From an uncultured delta proteobacterium (GTDB taxonomy: Bacteria; Myxococcota_A; UBA9160; SZUA-336): a stretch of DNA of 64,000 nucleotides. The position numbers and the translations under genes were made by a program. Position 1 is the stretch's first letter. The number at the start of each line of letters is the position of its first letter. The notes beneath the pieces are model-generated. The model worked only from the letters and a program-made list of their open reading frames with translations, had not been told where the DNA came from and searched no databases. This document shows positions 55,602-64,000 of this stretch, piece by piece. The DNA is taken from assembly GCA_963704165.1 (NCBI GenBank), contig CAVPHD010000011.1, forward strand, positions 160,001 to 224,000, in the 5' to 3' direction.

Positions 55602-56824
55602 TCAGTAGATCACCTGATTGTCGATCTGCTCCCGGTAGCTCTCGTCGGAGAGGCCGAGCAGCTCGCGGAACACGTGATCGTTGTCGTGGCCGATCGCCGG
55701 GCCCGGCTCGATGCGCGCCTCCGTGCGGCTGGTCTTCACGTACGCACCGTAGATCGTCTCGGAGAAACCGAGCGGGTGGCGTACCTCGATGAAGGTGCCT
55801 CGCGCACGGTAGTGCGGATCGGAGAGCAGGTCGGCGACGTTGAGAACGGGAGCGGCGGCGACGCCGTGGCGCTGCAGCCGGGCGGCCAGCTCGCGGTCGT
55901 CGTGCCGGTCGTCCAGGCGGCCAGCCGCTCGTGCAGGTCGTCGAGATTCCGGACGCGCGCGGCCGTGGTCGCGAACTCCGGCGTGCCCGCCCAGGCCGGA
56001 CCGCCCATCGCGTCGACGAGGCCCCGCCACTCCGCATCGTCGAGGACCGCGATGCTGATCCAGCGATCCTCGCCCGCGCACGGGAATACACCGTGCGGCG
56101 CCGCCGCGCCGAGCGGATGGCGGTTCCCCATCGGCCCGGCGACGCGCCCGTTCATCGCGTAGTCCATGAAGGCGGGACCGACCATCTGCATGACCGCCTC
56201 TTGCTGCGAGTAGTCGATGTGCTGGCCGTCGCCGGTGCGGCGCCGGTGGTGAAGCGCGGTGAGGATCGCGAACGCGCCGAGGATTCCGTTGTACGGATCG
56301 GAGAACGCGTTCTCGACCGGAATCGGCGGACCGCCGAGATAGCCGGTCAGGCTGTCGAGCCCGGTCGTGCTCGTGAGGCTGAGACCGTAGGTGCGGATGT
56401 CCCTCAGCGGTCCGTCGAGACCCGCCGCCGGCATCGAGAACAGGACGATGTCCGGCCGCACCGCGCGCAGTCGCTCGTAGCCGAGTCCGAGCTCCTCCAT
56501 GACGCCCGGGCCGAAGTTCTCGATCACGACGTCGCACTTCGCGACCAGCTCGAGCGCGAGTCGGATCGCTTCGGGCTTCTTCAGGTTGAGCGTGACGCTG
56601 CCGTTGCCCGCCCAGCAGGCGTGATTCGACAGGCTGCGGTTCGGGTCGCGGACGCCGTCGGCGAACGGCGGCAGCGTGCGGGTCATGTCGATGCGCGCGC
56701 GCGACTCGATCTTGTAGACCTCGGCGCCGAGGAAGGCGAGCGTCTGGCCGACGACCGGACCCGCCCAGACCCAGCCGAAGTTCGCGACGCGGATGCCGTC
56801 GAGCGGGAGCGCCTGCGCCCGCCA

Positions 56825-56825
<1 letters not shown>
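55602..56825 (-). CDS. Family III CoA-transferase, frameshifted
   Basis: FGWVWAGP, IENFGPG, FSDPYNG. Confidence 0.8.
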
Positions 56826-58043
<1,218 letters not shown>

Positions 58044-58069
58044 GCGCGCTCCTCTCCGATCGATCGACG

Positions 58070-58098
58070 TTGAACGGCGACCGTGTTGATCTTATGAT
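58070..58098 (+). promoter_or_regulatory. Putative sigma70 promoter TTGAAC-17-TATGAT
   Basis: Near-consensus boxes in a divergent intergenic region. Confidence 0.5.
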
Positions 58099-58157
58099 GG
58101 GCCGCCCGCGCCGAACAAGCGGCGCTCCCAACGACGCGCTCGCCAGGGGGATGTGAC

Positions 58158-59268
58158 GTGGCCCAGAGATCCCTTGCGGACGAAGCTCTGCGACATGCTC
58201 GGGATCGAGTACCCGATCATCGCGTTCACCCACTGCAAGGACGTCGCCGTCGCGGTGATCAACGCCGGCGGCTTCGCCGTGCTCGGCGAGGCGATGCACA
58301 CGCCGGACGAGATCGCGGCCGACATCAAGTGGATCCGCGAGCGCGTCGGCGGCAAGCCGTTCGGCATCGACCTGGTGCTGCCGGCCTCGGTCGCCGCTCG
58401 AGGGCGGCCTCGAGGAGCTGCGAGAGCAAGATCCCCGAGAGCCACCGCGCCTTCGCGCGAGAGATCAAGAAGCGCCACGACGTGCCCGACGCCGAAGGGG
58501 CCGGTGGCGCTGCACCGGTGGGGCGGACTCAACCAGGCAGATGGCGCGCGCGCAGCTCGACGTGCTGCTCGACGAGCGCGTGCCGGTGTTCGCCTCGGGC
58601 CTCGGCAACCCGGCCTTCATCCTCGAGGCCGCGCACGCGCGCGGCATGAAGGTCTTCGGGCTGATCGGCAAGACGCGCCAGGCCGAGCGCGAGATCGAGG
58701 CCGGCGTCGACGCGATCATCGCCCAGGGCTACGACGCCGCCGGCCACACCGGCACGATCGGCACGTTCTCGATCGTGCCCGAGGTCGCGGCGATCGCCGG
58801 CGACACGCCGGTGATCGCCGGCGGCGGCGTCACGACCGGCCGTCACCTCGCGGCGGCGCTCTGCCTCGGGCGCCTCGGGCGTCTGGACCGGCACGCTCTG
58901 GCTCGCGTCGCGCGAGTCCGACGCGGACATGATCATCAAGGAGAAGCTGCTCGCGGCCACGGCCGAGGACACCATGTACTCGCGAAGCGTCTCGGGCATG
59001 ACGATGCGCGTGCTGAAGTGCCCGTGGACCGAGGAGTGGGCGAAGCCCGAGGCGCCGCGCGCCGCTCTGCCGCGCCGTACCAGATGCTGCTGAGCGCCGA
59101 CTACATCCAGGGCGCCAACGACCACCGCCGCGCAGGACCTGATGTACCGAGGCCGCGGGCCAGGGCGTCGGCTTCGTCACCACGATGAAGCCGGCGCGTC
59201 AGATCGTCTTCGACATGGTCGAGGAGGCGCTCGCCGCGTTCGAGGAGCGCCTCGGAGACGACGCGTGA
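58158..59268 (+). CDS. Nitronate monooxygenase-family flavoprotein, many frameshifts
   Basis: LRTKLCDMLGIEYPI, QGYDAAGHTG, WTGTLWL. Confidence 0.75.
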
Positions 59269-59550
59269 GCGATTCGGACGCCGACGCCGAGCGGACGAAG
59301 CGCACGCGCTCCGGCACGGCTTCGACCGGAGCCGCGCGGGACGCGCGCCGAGTGCGACGGCGGAGGCGGCGTGCCGGGGACGCACTTCGCCGGGCGCGAG
59401 GAGTTCGCGGGCACGCTCACCGGCGATTACGTCGATCACGGCGATCCCCCCTGGCGCTGGTATCTGCTGGCGGATCTCCGAGCGCAAGCCCGAGGGCTAC
59501 CCGCACGACGCCGTCTGGTGTGAGTCCGGGAGCCTGTTCCTGAGCGATGA
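59265..59550 (+). CDS. Small hypothetical protein, frameshifted; boundaries approximate
   Basis: Coding-like GC3-rich frame GTHFAGREEF...PPWRWYLL, then YPHDAVWCE. Confidence 0.45.
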
Positions 59551-59553
59551 GCG

Positions 59554-60380
59554 ATGCGTCGTCTGCGCGCAAGGAGGTGCTCGATCCCGACGCGGTGAAC
59601 AACTACGCGCTCGCCGGGCGGCTCGACGATCGGCGACGACGGCAAGACGCTGACGCAGACCGCGATCCCGCGTCTGATCAACGGCTTACGACGAGCAGGC
59701 GATCGAGGCCGCGCTGCGCATGCGCGACGCGGGGACGCCGTGCGCGATCCACGTCGTCTCGGTCGGTCGCGACGCCGTCGAACCTGCTGCAGCACGCCGC
59801 CGCGCTCGGCGCCGACGAGGTCGCCGCGATCGCGCTCGATACGGCCGACGCCCGACTACCACGTGGTCGCGCGCGATCCTGGCCGCCTACGTGCGCGACG
59901 CAGCGGCGGCGCCGATCTGGTGCTCTGCGGCCGCCAGGCCTCGGACGACGACCAGGGCGTCGTGCCGGCGCTGATCGGCGAGGCGCTCGGCCTGCCCGGT
60001 CGTGACGATCGCGCGCCCGGTCGAGCTCGATCGCGGCTCCGAGCCGCGCGGTGGCTCGCGTCATGCGCGTGACGCCCGACGGCGACGAGATCGTCGAGGT
60101 CGCGCTGCCCGGCGGTCGTCACGATCAGCAACGAGCTCGGCACGCCGCGCTACCCGACGGCCGGCACGCAAGCTCGCCGCGCGCCGCGTGAAGCCGCGCG
60201 TGCGTGACGCTCGGCGGAGCTGTCGCTCTCGGAAGCCGACCTCGCTCCGGCCGTGACGCTGGTCCGGCAGTTCGTGCCCGAGGTGCAGGGACACTGCGAG
60301 TTCATCGAGGGCGGCAGCGCCGCGCCGAGCTCGCCGACCGGCTGATCGGGCGCCTGCGCGCCGACGGCGTGCTCCCGTGA
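59554..60380 (+). CDS. etfB: Electron transfer flavoprotein beta subunit, many frameshifts
   Basis: KEVLDPD, YDEQAIEAALR, CGRQASDDDQG, TISNE..PRYP. Confidence 0.75.
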
Positions 60381-61382
60381 GCGTCGTCGTGTGCAGCTGG
60401 GGCGGATCGAGCGCGGACGGGCTGCCCGCCGGCACGCGAGGAGCTGCTCGGACTCGCGGCGCGAGCTCGCCGCGGAGCTCGAGGCCGAGCTGCGTCTGGC
60501 TGGTGCTCGGCAGCCGCTCTCCGCTGCGCGCGCTCGACGTCGCCGCGAGCCGCGGCGTCGCGGCGTCGAGCGCGATCGATCGACGCCGGCGCTCGGCGCA
60601 GCTCGGGTGCGGACGTGTACGTCGAGGCGCTCGCGCAGTACTGGGCGCTGCGCACTCCGCGCGTCGGTGCTCTTCAGCCAGAGATTCGACGCGCGGCTCG
60701 ATCGCACCGCGCCTGGCGGGGCGCTCGGACGCTGCGGTCGTGATGAACGCGCTGTCGGTCGAGCCGTGCGGCGACGGAGGTCTCGACGTCACCGCCGCCG
60801 CCTACGGCGGCGACACGCGCGCCGTCTACCGCGTCGCCGCCGACGCGTCCCTGCCTGATCGCGCTGCCGGCGAGCGCGTTCGCGCGTCGATCGCCGCCCG
60901 AGCGGGGGCCCCGTCGCCGAAATCGCGCGACGTACCCGTCGCGCTCGCGAACGTCGAGGAGCGGATTCGCGTGGTCGAGCGGCCGCGCGCCGAAGGGCCG
61001 CGCCTCGAGGACGCGGAGATCATCGTCGCGGGCGGACGCGGGCTCGGCTCGGTCGAGAACTACAAGTGGATCGAGGAGCTCGCGCGAGGCGCTCGGCGGC
61101 GTGCCCGCGGCGTCGCGACCGCTCGTCGACGATGGCTGGGTCGACGCGTCGCGCCAGGTCGGGCTCACGGGGAAGATCACCCGGCCCTCGCTCTACGTCG
61201 CCGCCGGGATTTCGGGCGCCAGCCAGCACATGGCCGGCTGCTCCGCGGCGAAGACGATCGTGGCGATCAACCGCGACCCCGACGCCGCGATCTTCCGCTA
61301 CGCCCGCTACGGAATCGTCGGGGACTGTCTCGAGATCCTGCCCGGAGCTGATTCGCGCCGTCGAAGGAGCGAGCGACCGTGA
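60377..61382 (+). CDS. etfA: Electron transfer flavoprotein alpha subunit, many frameshifts
   Basis: [35 protein letters not shown]. Confidence 0.82.
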
Positions 61383-61800
61383 GCGAGCTCCGTCCCGGTC
61401 GCCGAGGGCCTTTTCGTGCAGACCGACGACGGCGCGCGCCTGCTCGGCTCGTGCTGCCGCTCGTGCAAGGCGCCCTACTTCCCGCGTGCCACGATCTGCC
61501 GCAATCCCGACTGCGCCGGCAGCGACCTCGAAGACGCCCGCTTCGGCCCGCGCGGCACGCTCTGGAGCTGCGCCGTTCAGAACTACGCGCCGCCTCCGCC
61601 GGCGCAGGTACGACGAGCCGTACGTCCCCTACGCGCTCGGCGTGGTCGATCTGCCCGACGGTCTGCGCGTGCTCGGACGGATGAGCACGGACGACCCGGG
61701 CTCACTGCGCGTCGGAAGCGACGTCGAGCTGGTGCTCGAGCCCCTCTGCACGAACGCGGACGGGAACCCGGTGATCAGCTGGAAGTTCCGGCCGCTGTGA
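61379..61800 (+). CDS. DUF35 Zn-ribbon/OB-fold protein, frameshifted
   Basis: CRSC...[15 protein letters not shown]. Confidence 0.78.
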
Positions 61801-61804
61801 GGAG

Positions 61805-62996
61805 ATGGCGATGAGAGAGGTCGCGGTGCTCGGGGTGGGCATGCACCCGTGGGGCAAGTTCCCGAACCGATCCGTCACCGATCTGTGTCGCCAGGCGATC
61901 GACGCGGCGCTGGCCGACGCGGGCATGCACTGGCGCGACGTGCAGGCGGTCGCCGCCGCCAGCTCGCGCTTCTCCGGCGGCAAGGGCTGGGGCCTGAACG
62001 GCAACGACGTCGTCGAAGACATGGGACCGACCGGCATCCCCGTCTACAACCTGTCGGCGGGCTGCGCCGCCGGCGGCAACGCCTTCAACATCGGCTACGC
62101 GCTGGTCGCGGGCGGCATCTACGACATCGTGCTGGTCGTCGGCGGCGAGAAGATGCCGAAGGGGTTCATCCAGACCTCGGGCGTGGACGAGGAGACCGAC
62201 CCCGAGTACCTGCGCCAGAACTGCGTCGGCATGCCCGGCCCGGCGTTCTGGGCCGTGCTCTGCCGCCGGCGCATGGCGGAGCACGGCACCACCGAGGAGC
62301 ACTTGCGCGATGATCGCCGTCAAGGCGCACCGGGTCGGAACGCACAACCCGAACGCTCGCTTCCGTCAGGAGTTCACGATCGAGGACGTGCTCCGCTCCG
62401 CGATGGTCAGCGACCCGCTGCGGCTGTACGAGATCTGTCCGGTCAGCGACGGTGCGGCGGCGCGTGGTTCTCTGCTCGGCCGAGATCGCGCGCAGGCGCG
62501 CGCGCCGGCCGGTCTGGGTCGCGGCGAGCGCGGTCGCCACCGCTCGCTTCGACGACGGACTGCCGCGGGCTCTCGGCAGCGTCGATCCCCGCGGACGGGC
62601 ACACGCACCACAGCGAGGCCGCGCTCGCGGTGCGCAAGGCGTTCGAGGCGTCGGGCGTCGGGCCCGACGGATCTCGATCTCGTCGAGCTGCAGGACAACA
62701 CCGTCTACTACGAGCTCGCGTTCCCCGAGGACTGGGGCCTGTGTCAGGTCGGAGAGGCCGAGCGGCTGGTCGAGAAGGGCGAGACGCTGCCGACCGGCCG
62801 GCTGCCGATCAATCCGAGCGGCGGCTTCCTCTGCTTCGGCGAGGCGACGACCGCGATGGGCGTCTTCCAGGTCTGCGAGCTCACCTGGCAGCTTCGCGGC
62901 GAGGCCGGCGCACGCCAGGTCCCGAACGCCCGCATCGGTCTGGCCCAGACGCTCGGTCTCGGCGGCAACGGAACCGCGCTGATCTTGAAGCAGTAG
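61805..62996 (+). CDS. Thiolase-family (SCP-x/BbsB-like) protein, frameshifted
   Basis: GMHPWGK, CAAG, GGEKM, NPSGG, QLRGEAG. Confidence 0.8.
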
Positions 62997-63075
62997 GCGC
63001 TCCCGAAAGAGCCGCTCTTCGATCCCCTGGGGACGGCCGGGGCGGGTAGGATGAGCGCGGAATGGAGGAGAACCC

Positions 63076-64000
63076 ATGCGCGCCACCGCTCTGATCGCGA
63101 TCCTCGCAGTCTCGCTCGCGGGCCCAGCCCTTGCCGACGAGACCTGCCAGTCACCCTACCTGCCGAAGGTGACCGGGCAGGAGGACTTCATCTACGTCTG
63201 GACGGTCGGGATCGAGGGCCTCGGGGACGGTTCCGACAAGCTCGTGACCGTCGGCGCGAATCCGGCCCGGCCCGGCTACGGCCAGGTGACTCTCGAGCGC
63301 GTCGGTGGGCGGCCGCCACGAGGCACATCACGGCGGATTCACGGACGACCGACGGCAGCTCTGGCTCGGCGGAATCGACTCGAGTCACATCTTCATCTTC
63401 GACGTCGCGAGTGACCCAGCGAAGCCGAAGCTCGTCCGCACCATCACCGACTTCGAGCAGAAGACCGGGGGCGTGGTCGGTCCGCACACCTTCTATCCGA
63501 TCCCGGGACGAATGCTGATCACGGCGCTGTCGAACTCCGACGGCTCGGGCAAGACCGGCGATCGTCGAGTACAACAACACAGGCCGAGTACGTCCGCACG
63601 ATCTGGATGCCGGAGGGCGCGGAGTACGGCTACGACGGACGCGTCAACGCGAACCTGAATCGCATGCTGACCACGTCGTTCGCCGGCAAGAACGAACTAC
63701 ATGCGCAATCTCGGCGAGCTGATCGGCGATGCCGAAGCGATGAAGAACTTCGGAAACACGGCGGTGATCTGGGACTTCCACGCCCGCAAGCCGCTCCAGA
63801 CGTTCGAGATGCCGGGCGCACCGCTCGAGGTGCGCTGGGCGCTGCAGCCGCGACACCACTATGCGTTCACCTCGACGGCGCTGACGTCGAAGCTCTGGCT
63901 CGTCGATCGCAAGAGCGACGGGTCCTTCGAGGCGCTCGCGATCGCCGACGTCGGCGATCCGTCGAAGACGCCGCTGCTCGTCGACATCAGCCTCTCCGCC
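63076..64000 (+). CDS. SBP56-family, methanethiol oxidase-like secreted protein; frameshifted, truncated at the window edge
   Basis: Signal peptide followed by DETCQSPY...GQEDFIYVW, HEAHHGGFTDD, GPHTF. Confidence 0.75.

Overview
High-GC, gene-dense bacterial window almost entirely devoted to lipid/steroid catabolism. It carries a near-complete HIP (steroid C/D-ring) set (ipdA, ipdB, ipdC, echA20, fadA6, ipdF, fadD3), a KstD-like flavoprotein, an igr-like side-chain operon (P450, chsH2, chsH1, ltp2), fadA5 and a second side-chain module. It also has nine family III CoA-transferase genes, a xanthine-dehydrogenase-family Mo enzyme clustered with a CoxG-like protein, a MenB/BadI-like crotonase, a DsrE-like protein and an amidohydrolase, an EtfD/FadF-type Fe-S membrane protein with EtfAB, and a truncated MtoX-like gene at the right edge. 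I saw no ring-oxygenase (ksh/hsa) genes, RNA genes, mobile elements or CRISPR. The strongest sequence-level discovery is a palindromic operator, CTGACTC-N2-GAGT[A/G]AG, found at three promoters (tetR-kstD, an acyl-CoA dehydrogenase operon, and coxG-CoA transferases); two of them share an identical -35/16 bp/-10 architecture. This suggests a non-KstR steroid regulon linked to a candidate oxygen-independent A/B-ring module. Many genes are broken by patchy indels, most likely long-read errors. Family calls come from recognising motifs by eye, not from database searches.
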